In this document: one piece after another, positions 24,479 to 35,018 of the stretch
Position numbering within the stretch: position 1 is the stretch's first letter
How the letters are laid out: every line of letters starts with the position of its first letter
NCBI GenBank assembly: GCA_001875255.1
Contig: MJAN01000004.1
Location: 3,316-67,315, forward strand
Reading direction: 5' to 3'
DNA length: 64,000 bases
DNA from: Candidatus Sabulitectum silens
GTDB taxonomy: Bacteria; Fermentibacterota; Fermentibacteria; Fermentibacterales; JCC-6
Translations under genes and position numbers: made by a program
Notes under the pieces: model-generated
Seen by the model: the letters and a program-made list of their open reading frames with translations, nothing else
Told to the model about the DNA's origin: nothing
The model's database searches: none

Positions 24479-25640
24479 CTATACCTCATAGTATCCCTCA
24501 AAATCCATCATTTCCCTCTTGTCAAGAAGGTCGAGGAGCTCCGCCGGGGTAAGCCGGGAGCCGCCCTGGACGAAGTATCCCCTTATGGAAACCGTTCCCA
24601 CCGGGGAACCGTTCTCGGTTGAAAGCCCCGGGAGTTCACCGCCGAGCTTGCCCGTTACGCTGTCCATTCCATTTTCGTCGGTTCCCGGAAGCAGTAGCAT
24701 GATGGAACCCCGTCCGGTCCTTACTCCGATGTCGATGTTCCTCAGTGATGATACCAGGTGTTTCGAAACCACGGAAAGTATCTCCCTGGACTGCATTCTG
24801 TCGTCGGCATCGGCGGATTTTACCCGGAGTTCCACAACAGCCAGTGGGCTTCCGAACCTTTCCACCCTTTCAAGTTCCTTCTCCAGGGTCTTCTCGAGGC
24901 TTGACCCGCCGGAAAACCTGTCTCTGGGTCGAGGTCGGAGGTTCTGCCGAACTTCTCCAACAGCCTGGCATTCTCAAGGGCTGAGGCACCCACCGCCGCC
25001 AGGGCCCTGAGGGTCTGTTCCCGCATGGCCTCCCTGCCCTCGAATGCCCCGGCGGTGATCACGCCGTAGAGGACTCCCTCGGACTGCATTGGAGCGGCGT
25101 ACTCCGGTTTGAAACCGGGGACATCGGTCATTATCATGTTCCTTCTTACAAGAACGCTCTCCTTTTCCATCTCTTCCCGGACGAGGAGCCTTCCGGTTTC
25201 CGCCGCGAGGCCGGTAAAGCCATCCCCGAGGCCTATGTTAAGCCCGGGCTGAAGGGTTCCATCAAGTCCGCTGGAGGCCGCGAGGCAGAGCCTCGCTCCG
25301 CTTCTGTCCGCAAGGAAAACAGCGGACTCTCCTGCCTTCAAAAGGTTTTCGCAGGCCCGGTTCACATAGCTGACCACCTCGTCGCTGTCCCTTCCGCTGA
25401 AAATCAGCTTGATGAGGTCCGGGAAGAGAAGGATCAGGTCCTGCCCCTCCTGCTGATGCTTCCTGAGCTTTTCCACCTCATAGCGAAACCCGGAAGCGGC
25501 GGCGGAAGCTTTCCCGCAGAGACCTTCAGGCCTTCCATTCTTTCATTGCATTCCCTGGCGAATGCTTTCATCCTCAGGTTCATGAAGAACCATGCCAGGG
25601 CGCCTCCAAGTATAAGTCCTGTAATAAGCCCGGCTATCAT
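24479..25640 (-). CDS. Membrane-anchored GAF + degenerate GGDEF-like protein (frameshifts near 25490 and 24910)
   Basis: TM helix, GAF (G.G..G.AAETG; ALENARL), D..TG, LRNIDIGVRTGRGSIMLLLPGTD (GGDEF motif absent). Confidence 0.7.
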
Positions 25641-25667
25641 TGCCTGCCCCCTCCCCCTGTGACCATA

Positions 25668-26961
25668 TCAGCTGAGCCCTACCCTGGCCAGCAGATATTC
25701 CTCGTTCCGCAAATGATTGTCTATGGTGCAGATATTGCGAAGTTCCCCGGCGGGGACAACCCTGTCACCTTTTCATCGGCCATGGCGGCCTCGGCGAAGG
25801 AGAGGTCATTCTCCATGGCGCTCATGGCTATGCCCTGAACCAGGCCGTAGGATTCCTCCCTGGTCAGTCCCTGATTCACAAGGGCCAGCATCACTGACTG
25901 GGAGAAGTACCTGTCCCCTGCCTCGTCGAGGTTCCCTGCCACGGCCTCCGGGAATATGCGAAGCCCCCCGGCGAGTTCCGCGGCTTTTCGGAGGCCGTAG
26001 AGTGCCACTCCGCAGGCATCGGGGAAAATGAACCGTTCCGCCGCGGAATGGCTGATGTCCCTCTCGTGCCATAGGGGAGTGTTCTCAAGACCTACCTGAA
26101 GATATCCCCGAAGAAGCCTGGCGAGGCCGCAGAGCCTTTCCCCCACGATGGGGTTCCTCTTGTGGGGCATGGCGCTGGAACCCTTCTGCCCCTTGCCGAA
26201 GCTCTCCTCGACCTCTCCCACCTCGGTTCTCTGGAGGTGTCTGCATTCGGTGGCGAACCTCTCAAAGGCGCCCCTATGGCCGCCAGGGCATAGAGGAACT
26301 GGGCGTGCCTGTCCCGGGCTACAACCTGTGTGGGCACCTCCTCGGTGCCCAGTCCAAGCCCTCGGCATACATACTCCTCCACCGACGGGTCGAGGTAGGC
26401 GAAGGTTCCCACGGCACCGGATATGGTTCCCACGGCGGAGACTTGAATGGCCTCACGGAGCCTTCTGATGCACCTGAGATATTCGGAATAGTGGCCGGCG
26501 AACTTGAGGGCCAGGGTGGTTGGCTCGGCGTTCATCCCGTGGGTACGGCCCATGCAAACCATTCCCCTGGTGCGGCGGACCAGGCCGGCCAGGGCTTCAC
26601 CGTAGCTTTCCAGGGCGGCTTCCAGCAGGGCTCCGGAATCCCTTATCTGTGTGGCCATGCAGGTGTCCAGTATGTCGCTTGAGGTCATGCCGTAGTGTAT
26701 GTGGCGGCTTTCAGGCCCCAGGGACTCGGAAACCGAGGTAAGGAAGGCTATCACATCGTGCCTGGTGACTTCCTCTATCTCCTGCACCCTGCGGATGTCG
26801 AAGGAGGCATTCTGTCTGATCCTCTCCGCGTCCTCCGCCGGGACCAGACCCGCCCGGCAACGGGCCTCAACCGCCAGTATCTCTATTTCCAGCCACCTCG
26901 AATAGCGGGATTCGGTAGTCCAGATATCCGTCATTTCGGGAATAGCGTATCTCTCTATCAT
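25668..26961 (-). CDS. purB: Adenylosuccinate lyase (frameshifts near 26270 and 25745)
   Basis: MIERYAIPEM, TRHDVIAF, HYGMTSSD, GRTHG, SGAVG, GSSAMPHKRNP, WHERDISHS. Confidence 0.95.
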
Positions 26962-26972
26962 TTCCGTCCTCC

Positions 26973-27297
26973 TCAGCGGGGCATGTCGGCGCCGGTGGTA
27001 AGGTTTGAGTAGATCCATGCGAACAGGGACTTTTCCGGGGCGTATATCCTGTACCAGCCCGGGGCCTCGCCTGTCACCATAAGTGTGTCCCCGGCGGAGG
27101 CGGAGCCCACCACGGCGTACTCGGTTCCCGGCCCCTGCCTGAGGTTCACCACGCTTCCTGTTACCACCACGGTTTCCCAGGGGCTTTCCCGGGGCGGCGC
27201 CCCGCGGGGGGGGTGTCTCCCCGGCGACCACGGTTTCGCCGCAGCCGGCGGCAAGAATGCCCGCTGTCACCACTGCTATCAACGAATATATCCTCAT
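26973..27297 (-). CDS. SH3b-domain lipoprotein (frameshift near 27210)
   Basis: Lipobox AAGC; VNLRQGPGTEYAVVG....GD.L.V.G....WY.I......WI. Confidence 0.8.
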
Positions 27298-27304
27298 ATT
27301 TCTC

Positions 27305-29020
27305 CTACAGACTGCATACGATAAATGGAACCAGGCCGGCCAGAAGAAGGCTGCCGTCGGAGAGGACCCTCACGGAAAGCTCCGATGGGAAGGGCCTTCT
27401 CTCAAGGTAAAGGTAGGCGAAGGCCAGAAGGGCCGGGGCCAGAACGAAGGTAACGGCGCACACCGGAAGACCGTTCCCCAGGATGGCTCCCACCTGCACG
27501 AAGGCGGCGGTGAAAGCAGAGGCCAGGAGTATCTTCCTGCACCTGGCCGCGCCAAGATGCAGAGGCAGGGTGTCCATTCCCAGGAGGGCGTCTCCCTGGA
27601 GGTCCACCAGGTCGATGAGAAGGCTTCTGGCGAAAAAGAGGAAGGCCAGGGAAAGGGGCCATACCATGAGCTTCAGGCCGAAGTCCAGCCCCGCCAGGGT
27701 CACCGCAGGCAGAACGCAGACCAGAACCCCCCAGGCCAGCGTGAAGAGTACCTCCCTGGAACCGGGAATGCTCCTTATGACATCCAGGAACTGGTTCTTC
27801 CGCATAAGGGGCAGGGCATAGAGAAGGCATGAAAGGATGGCCGCCAGGGTCCACACCAGCCAGACGGTACCCAGAAGGGCTCCAAGGGCCAGGGATACCC
27901 CCAGGGAGAACCAGCCGGCGCCGAGCATAAGCCCTTCGTTGTTCCTTATGAACTCCTGCCTCTTCTGGCTGGTCATGGATACCCCGCGGCATTCCAGTAC
28001 GGCGGTGAAGCTGGTGAAGCTCCAGAGAAGGAAACCCGCCGCCAGCCCGGCGGTGCCCCATCCCGCGCCACCCAGGGAAACCCCCTGGGCCAGGGCAAGG
28101 AAGAGGGCGATTATTGGTATGTGAGCCCCGCTGAAGACGAGGTTCCTGAAGATGGTCCGTATCCACACCCCTCCGTGGGACTGGCCCTGTATTTCCAGAA
28201 GCCTTTCCCGTACCTTCCTTATGCTCCACTCGGGGGTGGATGCGCCGGCGGAAAGAAGCACCCGGCGGTGGCCGGAGAGGGCCCCGGGATCCAGTTCCTC
28301 GTGGGTTTCCACGGTGAACACAGGAAGGCCACTCCTGGAGGCAATTGTGGCAAGTCTGCCGGTGTTGGCGCTGTTCCTGCCGCCTACTATCACAACGGCG
28401 TCGGCCCTGCGCATGAGTTCACGGAGTTCCCTCTGCCTTCTGGCGGTTGAGTCGCAGATGGTATTGGCAAACTCAAGCCCGGGCCACCTTCGGGAAAGCA
28501 CATCTATGAGTTCCTGGAAATCCTCTGTGTTCTGTGTGGTCTGGGAGAGAAGGAAGGGTTTCTCGAGCTCCGGCAGCTTCTCCACCTGGTCAACAGAGGA
28601 GATGACCCTGCCCGAGGAGCCCGCCACTGAAAGGATGGCCTTCACCTCGTGGTGGCCGGGATCTCCGAATATCAGGACATCGCAGCCCCGTGAAGCCCGG
28701 CTCGCCGCAATTGAGAGAGCCCTGCCCACCCTGGGGCAGGTGAGGTCCTTCAGCTTCAGGTCAAGCAGGGAAAGCCTCTTCCTTTCCCCGGCGGTAACGC
28801 CGTGGGTACGGAGGAAGAGGGTTCCACCCTTCTGGTCCCAGGGTTCATGGCAGGTGGCCACCCCCCGGTCCCTGAGGGCCTCGATGACCTGGGGATTGTG
28901 TACCAGGGGGCCGTAGACCCTGAAGGGGGCGTCCCCCTTCTTTATCTCGGTGACCACCCTGTCCACGGCCCGGCGCACTCCCCAGCAGAAGCCCGCTGTT
29001 CTGGCAACTATCACGCTCAT
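27305..29020 (-). CDS. ispH: IspH (HMBPP reductase) fused to a UbiA-like multi-TM domain
   Basis: AGFCWGVRRA, GPLVHNP, RTHG, DLTCPRV, QTT, TICDST..RQ, VGG..SANT, AGASTPEW; then about 9 TM helices with DLVDLQGD...G..TLP. Confidence 0.9.
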   Translation of the reverse strand: MSVIVARTAGFCWGVRRAVDRVVTEIKKGDAPFRVYGPLVHNPQVIEALRDRGVATCHEPWDQKGGTLFLRTHGVTAGERKRLSLLDLKLKDLTCPRVGRALSIAASRASRGCDVLIFGDPGHHEVKAILSVAGSSGRVISSVDQVEKLPELEKPFLLSQTTQNTEDFQELIDVLSRRWPGLEFANTICDSTARRQRELRELMRRADAVVIVGGRNSANTGRLATIASRSGLPVFTVETHEELDPGALSGHRRVLLSAGASTPEWSIRKVRERLLEIQGQSHGGVWIRTIFRNLVFSGAHIPIIALFLALAQGVSLGGAGWGTAGLAAGFLLWSFTSFTAVLECRGVSMTSQKRQEFIRNNEGLMLGAGWFSLGVSLALGALLGTVWLVWTLAAILSCLLYALPLMRKNQFLDVIRSIPGSREVLFTLAWGVLVCVLPAVTLAGLDFGLKLMVWPLSLAFLFFARSLLIDLVDLQGDALLGMDTLPLHLGAARCRKILLASAFTAAFVQVGAILGNGLPVCAVTFVLAPALLAFAYLYLERRPFPSELSVRVLSDGSLLLAGLVPFIVCSL

Positions 29021-29061
29021 GGGGCAAAGATACAAAGAAAAGGAATATTCCGTTAACGAAG

Positions 29062-29087
29062 GAGAGCCGGCCCGGAGGCCGGCTCTC
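29062..29087 (-). terminator. Probable intrinsic terminator of the 29111..29740 gene
   Basis: GAGAGCCGGCC-cgga-GGCCGGCTCTC, an 11-bp GC-rich stem about 25 nt after the stop; weak U-tract. Confidence 0.7.
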
Positions 29088-29110
29088 TGCAAACTGCTGT
29101 ACCGTAAGAC

Positions 29111-29740
29111 CTAGAATGCGGTCTTGAGTGAACCCCAGCTTGTGTTGTCGAATGCGCCAAGTTCGGCGTAGACGGACACGAAGTAGTTGCAGGGTCCGGC
29201 TCCGATGGCCCAGGGTTCCCAGACGATGAAGTCATCGCTGTAGAGACTGTGGGCAGCGCCGCCCCAGAGACCGCCCTGGGAGTTGTCGCCGAGGATGGCA
29301 GGCCATCCGCCTGCGCTCATCTCGGTGTTGGCGAGGCTCCAGAAGTTCTGCTCAACGACAATTCCGGGATCGTAGTCGGCGTAGACCGGAGCGAGGTGGA
29401 TTGCGGTTACCATTGTCTGGTCGAGCTGCATCATGGGGCCCATTGCGTCGCCGTTCCAGAGTTCCATGTAGAAATCAGCGCTGTCCCAGGGATAGCTGGC
29501 GTGGTGGTAGAACCACATCTCGGCCTGCAAGACCTCGCCACCCGTGGTTCCGGGGATGAAGTCCTCGGTGTTGAACCACACGCCTCTGTAGGTTCCGCCC
29601 CATGTGAGCCAGTTAAATGTACCGTCGTCGTACACGAGCCAATCTGCGTCTTTCTCAGGTACTGTTCCCATTTCAACAGCGAACTGACCTGCGTAAGCCG
29701 CCAGTGAAAGTACAGCAAGAATTGCTATCGCCTTCTTCAT
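29111..29740 (-). CDS. Secreted Trp/Asp-rich hypothetical protein with C-terminal SWGSLKTAF motif
   Basis: Sec signal MKKAIAILAVLSLAAYA, RBS AAGGAG, intact 209-aa ORF, own promoter and terminator. Confidence 0.85.
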   Translation of the reverse strand: MKKAIAILAVLSLAAYAGQFAVEMGTVPEKDADWLVYDDGTFNWLTWGGTYRGVWFNTEDFIPGTTGGEVLQAEMWFYHHASYPWDSADFYMELWNGDAMGPMMQLDQTMVTAIHLAPVYADYDPGIVVEQNFWSLANTEMSAGGWPAILGDNSQGGLWGGAAHSLYSDDFIVWEPWAIGAGPCNYFVSVYAELGAFDNTSWGSLKTAF

Positions 29741-29797
29741 GACTCTCCTTTCTTCTGTGTTTGAGTAGCACGAACCCCTTGGTTTCCCGTATCACTG

Positions 29798-29830
29798 CTG
29801 AAACATTCAGTGAGTTTCAGGCCATGTCAA
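29798..29830 (-). promoter_or_regulatory. -35 box (TTGACA) followed by inverted repeat CTGAAAC-N9-GTTTCAG (candidate operator)
   Basis: TGTCAA at 29825-29830 on the plus strand; perfect 7-bp inverted repeat at 29798-29820. Confidence 0.5.
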
Positions 29831-29847
29831 GCCCTTATGGTGGCAGG

Positions 29848-31819
29848 TCACCTTGCCTTTTCCATGAGTTTTCTCATTATGTCCCGAAGCCTGGCGGCCT
29901 CCTCGAACTCCAGCCTTTCCGCGGCCTCCATCATTTTGCCTCCAGGGAGGCAATGTTCTCCAGTGTGTATCTCTCGGTCCGGGCTTCCGCCGGTGTGGAG
30001 GCTTTCTTTCCCATGATATCCGCTATTCCCGTGGACCTTATGATCTCTTCCCGGCTCTTCGTAACCGTTCTGGGGGTTATTCCGTGGCTGCGGTTGTACT
30101 CCAGCTGTATCGCCCTGCGTCTTGCGGTTTCATCCATGGCCCAGGCCATGGAGTCCGTTACCGTGTCGGCGTAGAAGATGACCTTTCCCACATTGTTCCT
30201 GGCGGCCCTTCCCGCGGTCTGGACCAGGCTGGTCCGTGAACGGAGGAACCCCTCTTTGTCGGCGTCCATCACCGCCACGAGGGTTACCTCGGGAAGGTCA
30301 AGGCCCTCACGAAGGAGGTTAACCCCAACGAGGACATCGAACTCCGCCAGGCGCAGTTCCCTGAGTATGGAAACCCTTTCCAGGGCATCTATCTCGCTGT
30401 GGATGTACTTCGTTCTCATGTCCAGTCCGGAAAGGTATCCCGAAAGCTCCTCGGCCATCTTCTTGGTGATGGTGGTAACAAGGACCCTTCCGCCCTTTGC
30501 GGTGGCGGTCCTTGTCTGTTCCACCAGGTCGTCCACCTGGCCCAGGGCGGGTCTGACCTCTATCTCAGGGTCCACCAGGCCGGTGGGCCTTACTATCTGC
30601 TCAATGATCCTCGAGGACCTTTCCAGCTCATACTCAGCCGGGGTGGCGGACATGCAGAGCTTCATACCGGTCATGTCCTGGAACTCCTCCAGGAAAAGGG
30701 GCCTGTTGTCCAGGGCCGAAGGAAGCCTGAAGCCGTGCTGAACCAGGGTTTCCTTCCGGGACCTGTCCCCCCGGTACATTCCCCGTATCTGGGGCAGTGT
30801 CCGGTGGCTTTCGTCGATGAAGACCAGATAGTCCTCGGGAAAGTAGTCCAGGAGGCATGAGGGTCTTTCCCCCTCTTTCCGACCTTCGATATGCCTGCTG
30901 TAGTTCTCTATGCCGGAGCAGTAGCCGGTCTCCCCCATCATCTCAAGGTCGTAGGTGGTCCTGGATTCCAGCCGGTGGGCCTCCAGCATCCTGCCCTCGG
31001 CCCTGAGGCTGAGAAGCCTCCGATCCAGCTCCTCCCTTATCCTGCCCATGGCCAGGTTAAGCTTCTTCTCCCCGGTCACGAAGTGCTTCGCAGGGAAAAT
31101 GGTGGTGGCATCCATGGAATCCAGTACATGGCCGGTGAGGTGGTCCATCTGCCTTATGCTGTCAACGGTGGTCCCGAAGAACTCTATGCGGACACCGGTG
31201 CTTGAATAGGAGGGGACGAGGTCGATGATGTCCCCCCTCACACGGAAGTAACCCCTGGCAAGGGCCACATCGTTCCGCCGATACTGCATTCCCACCAGCT
31301 TCATCAGAAGGCTGTCCCTGGACAGTGTGTCCCCCAGGCTTACTCGAAGGCCGGTACCCATGAAATCCTTCGGGGAACCCAGGCCATAGAGGCAGCTCAC
31401 CGAGGCCACCACGATGACATCCTTCCTGCTGAGAAGACTTGCGGTGGCCCTGAGGCGGAGCCTGTCCAGCTCTTCGTTAAGACTGGCGTCCTTTTCTATG
31501 AACATGTCCCTGGCTGGAAGATAGGCCTCGGCTGGTAGTAGTCGTAGTAGCTCACGAAGTACTCCACTGCGTTCTTCGGGAAAAAGCCGGAAAGCTCGCC
31601 GAAAAGCTGTGCGGCGAGGGTCTTGTTGTGGCTGATCACCAGGGAGGGAAGGTTCATCTTCTCTATTACCGCCGCCATGGTGTAGGTCTTTCCCGAACCG
31701 GTGACCCCAAGAAGGGTCTGCCACTCATGGCCCCGGGAGAAACCCTCCAGAATGCCCTCTATGGCCTTCGGCTGGTCCCCCGAGGGTTTGAAGGGGGCTT
31801 GAAGGGTGAAACCGGCCAG
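29848..31819 (-). CDS. uvrB: Excinuclease ABC subunit B (frameshifts near 31530 and 29935)
   Basis: [63 protein letters not shown]-terminal UVR motif [11 protein letters not shown]. Confidence 0.95.
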
Positions 31820-31821
31820 GG

Positions 31822-33462
31822 CTACCTCAGGCTCTCAAGGGATATCTCGAATCCCGCCACGGGAACCCCTATTCCCCAGGCTTCAAGAACCGCGGGATGG
31901 AACTCGCCGATGATCCCGGAGGATGCGCCGTCTATGCGCACCACCGCGCTTCTGCCCGGTATGAACCGGGGGTCGTCGATCTCCTCCAGGGAAAGCTGAA
32001 GCTCCCTGTGGTGGCAGAGGATGCCCAGTATGGAATGAACGGTTCCCAGGTCCCCGTCCCCGGCGGTAACCGCCAGATTTACATCGGTTTCGCAGAGGCC
32101 GCCCTGATCCCTTTTGAGGACCTCTCCAACGGTGAAGACATTATGGGGGAAGGAGGCGTGGCCGCTCACCGATTCCACCTCCAGCAGCGCCGGGAGAAGG
32201 GTGTTGGAAACCACTCCGTACTCCGCGGTCATGGGATTCTCTATTCTTATCGGTTCCCCGGGGGTGCGTGTGAGCCCGGTGATCTTCTCGGCGCTGGTAA
32301 GGACAGGCCGCATGATCTCCTCGCAGCCTGCGCCCACCAGAAGGGTCTTCACCGTGGCGGCGAGGACCTCGGAGGGCGCCGCGGAACCCACGGTGTACTC
32401 CGATGGGAGAAGCGGTTCCATATTGTTCAGCCCTATGGCTATGGCAATGTCCTCGATAAGGTCCGCGGGGTGGATGCCGTCCCTTCTGTAGGGGGGCATC
32501 ACCGCCGTCACCGAATCGGAGGAAAGGGATATCTCCCCATAGTCCATCTTCGAGAGCAGTTTTTCCAGCTGAAGGTCTTCCGCCCTCTCTCCGGTGATCG
32601 AGGATATGTCCCTGAAGGATGCGGTGAGGGTGTCCCGGAAGACCACCGGTGTGACCTCGCTTGCTCCCCGGGGATACCTTATCTCCACAGGCTCTATAAC
32701 GGCGCCCCGGTCTTCCAGGTTGCAGGCCAGTATTGTGGCGGTGAGGTTGACCGTCTGGCGGTCGGTTCCCGTTACCTCGCAGAAAAGTGCACTCTGCCCC
32801 GGCTCCACCCTGCCGGTGGTGTGGCTGTTCAGCACCGGAGGAAAGGACAGCACGGAACCGGAGGCGTCCTGGAGGATTGGGTATTCCCTTTGCCCCCGGA
32901 GCAGTCCGGCGTACTTCACCCCGGCCTCGGTCTTCTCCAGCACCCGGGCCAGGCTCATTTCTTCCTCCTCTCCCAGGGGGTGAAAGACCCTTTCCGGAGA
33001 GGCTGTGGTGTAGTCCACGGGAAAACAGATGTTCTCAAGGGAATAGAAACCTATGGCCGCGGTGCGCCGCTCCTTTCCGAAGCTGGCAGCGAGTTTTTCC
33101 TGGGCGGTTATAAGGGCCTCGAGCCCCTCTTCGTCCACGGTCCAGCCGGTGGCGGTGAAGGCGGCGATAAAGGGTCTTATCTCTGAAAGTCCTTCGCTGA
33201 CATCGATGTGCCTTCCCGGGCTGCCCAGGTCGGCCAGATGGGCTTCCGCTCTTTCCCGGCGATAACACCGCAGGCCCCGGGCGATCCCCTCGGTGGTCCA
33301 GAGGTCCGGTCTGTTGGTGTCGTTGAGCTCTATCTTCACCCTGCCACCGCTCATGCCGTCGAGTTCAGCCTTCAGCGGTTCCAGGGCATCTTCCAGCCCG
33401 GTGGCGTCGGGAAGCTCGGCAAGGGCCAGGAAATCCTTCAGGGGTACTTCTATCTTAGGCAT
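31822..33462 (-). CDS. pheT: Phenylalanyl-tRNA synthetase beta subunit, short archaeal/spirochaete type
   Basis: About 546 aa; [54 protein letters not shown]; no OB-fold or FDX-ACB domain. Confidence 0.92.
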   Translation of the reverse strand: MPKIEVPLKDFLALAELPDATGLEDALEPLKAELDGMSGGRVKIELNDTNRPDLWTTEGIARGLRCYRRERAEAHLADLGSPGRHIDVSEGLSEIRPFIAAFTATGWTVDEEGLEALITAQEKLAASFGKERRTAAIGFYSLENICFPVDYTTASPERVFHPLGEEEEMSLARVLEKTEAGVKYAGLLRGQREYPILQDASGSVLSFPPVLNSHTTGRVEPGQSALFCEVTGTDRQTVNLTATILACNLEDRGAVIEPVEIRYPRGASEVTPVVFRDTLTASFRDISSITGERAEDLQLEKLLSKMDYGEISLSSDSVTAVMPPYRRDGIHPADLIEDIAIAIGLNNMEPLLPSEYTVGSAAPSEVLAATVKTLLVGAGCEEIMRPVLTSAEKITGLTRTPGEPIRIENPMTAEYGVVSNTLLPALLEVESVSGHASFPHNVFTVGEVLKRDQGGLCETDVNLAVTAGDGDLGTVHSILGILCHHRELQLSLEEIDDPRFIPGRSAVVRIDGASSGIIGEFHPAVLEAWGIGVPVAGFEISLESLR

Positions 33463-35010
33463 CTTTCCCACCTCCAAGAAGCTTTTCCGGTTTGGTGATC
33501 ATTTCCCTCAGCCTGGCCAGATCCGGTGTGAGAAGGTCGCGTATGTCCGACAATTCCAGGGCCATCAGGGCCATTCTGTCCAGCCCCAGCCCCCAGGCTA
33601 TCACCGGAACCTCTACCCCCAGGGGAAGGCACACCTCCCTGCGGAAGAGACCGGCGCCCCCCATTTCGAACCAGCCAAGGGAGGGATGCTTGATGTGTAT
33701 CTCCACAGAGGGTTCGGTGAAGGGGAAATAGGCGGGAACGAACTTGTAGTCCGTTGCCCCGGCCACCTCGGTGGCGAAGAGCTTGAGAAGGCCCAGAAGA
33801 TGTCTCAGGCTGATATGCTCGCCGAGTACTATGCCCTCCACCTGGTAGAAATCCGGAAGGTGGGTGGCGTCGACCTGGTCATAGCGGAAGCACTTTGCAA
33901 TTCCGAAGTACTTTCCGGGAATATCAGGGTTCGAGGCCAGGGTCCGGGCGGACAGGGCGGTTCCCTGGGAGCGCATTATTGCCCGGAGTGACCTGTTCCA
34001 GTCAAAGCTGTATTCCCAGCCCCTTCCCCCGGTGTCTCCGCCGTTCTCGTGGACAGCCTTGACCATTTCCCCGGTGGCCCTTTCCGGAGGGGCCACCTCT
34101 ACGCCCTCCTCCAGATAGTAGGCGTCGTGGATGTCCCGGGCGGGGTGGAACTGGGGCATGAAAAGGGCATCGTTGTTCCAGAACTCGTTCTCCGCAAGTG
34201 ACCCTTCATTTCCCGAAATCCCATTGACTGTAGCTTGTTCCGGACGGTGGAAAGGAAACACCGTAGGGGTGCAGCCTTCCAATGTGTATACGGGCCGGGG
34301 AATATCCACCTGATACCTTCGGAATGTACCCTTTTTCCACTCGCCGGAGGCAAGTATCTCCCTGGTCACCCTGCCGATGGTAACCCTGCCCCTGGAATCC
34401 TCCAGGGCCTTTCTGCCCCTTTCGGTAATGGCGATGGTGGAGCTTGTTGACTCGTTAAGGATGAACTCGGCCCTGGACTTCCCCCTTTTGGGAGCCCTGG
34501 CGGAAACCGCGTCGGCCAGCGCCGGCTCCAGCTCGTGGAAGGAAACGCTTCCCCCTTCCTGGAACACCGAATAGACTTCATTCCAAAGCCGTGAGAACAC
34601 ACCGCATTCGGGGTCGGCAATGGTTAGCCCCCCGGAACCCCTTTCAAGGACCCCTTCCCTGACCAGGCACCCATGGCGCTTCCCCAGCGGGCCCGGTCAA
34701 AGAGCTGGTCCTTCTGTATCTCAGCAAGATCGGAAGCCCCGGCCTTCACCGCCTGAAAGAGTGCCAGTTCCGGGGTGGTTCCCCTGGCAAGATTGTCGAG
34801 ACCCAGGGGCCCCGGCTCCACGGTTACGGTCCTGGTGGTTTCCAGTACCTCGGCGAGACCCCTTGAAAGAATCCACTGTACCGCCCTCCTGCAGGACCCT
34901 TCATCCATGCCGGCACCGGTAACCGCCTGGGAGTCGGTTGCCGGGGAATTCTCAGCCAGCCATTCCAGCAGGGTTTTCTCCAGGGGATGAAGGTCCCCCG
35001 TTGTATCCAT
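33455..35010 (-). CDS. pheS: Phenylalanyl-tRNA synthetase alpha subunit, long archaeal/spirochaete type (several frameshifts)
   Basis: LHPLE at the N-terminus, FWNNDALFMPQFHPARDIHD, FRYDQVDATHL.DFYQ.EG, YFPFTEPS, WGLG.DR.A. Confidence 0.92.
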
Positions 35011-35018
35011 AGACAATG

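Noticed and set aside
26092-27297. Apparent lipoprotein-PurB fusion
   Set aside because: A frameshift in the G-run near 27210 diverts the SH3 lipoprotein frame into purB, which has its own RBS (GAGGAGG) and MIERY start
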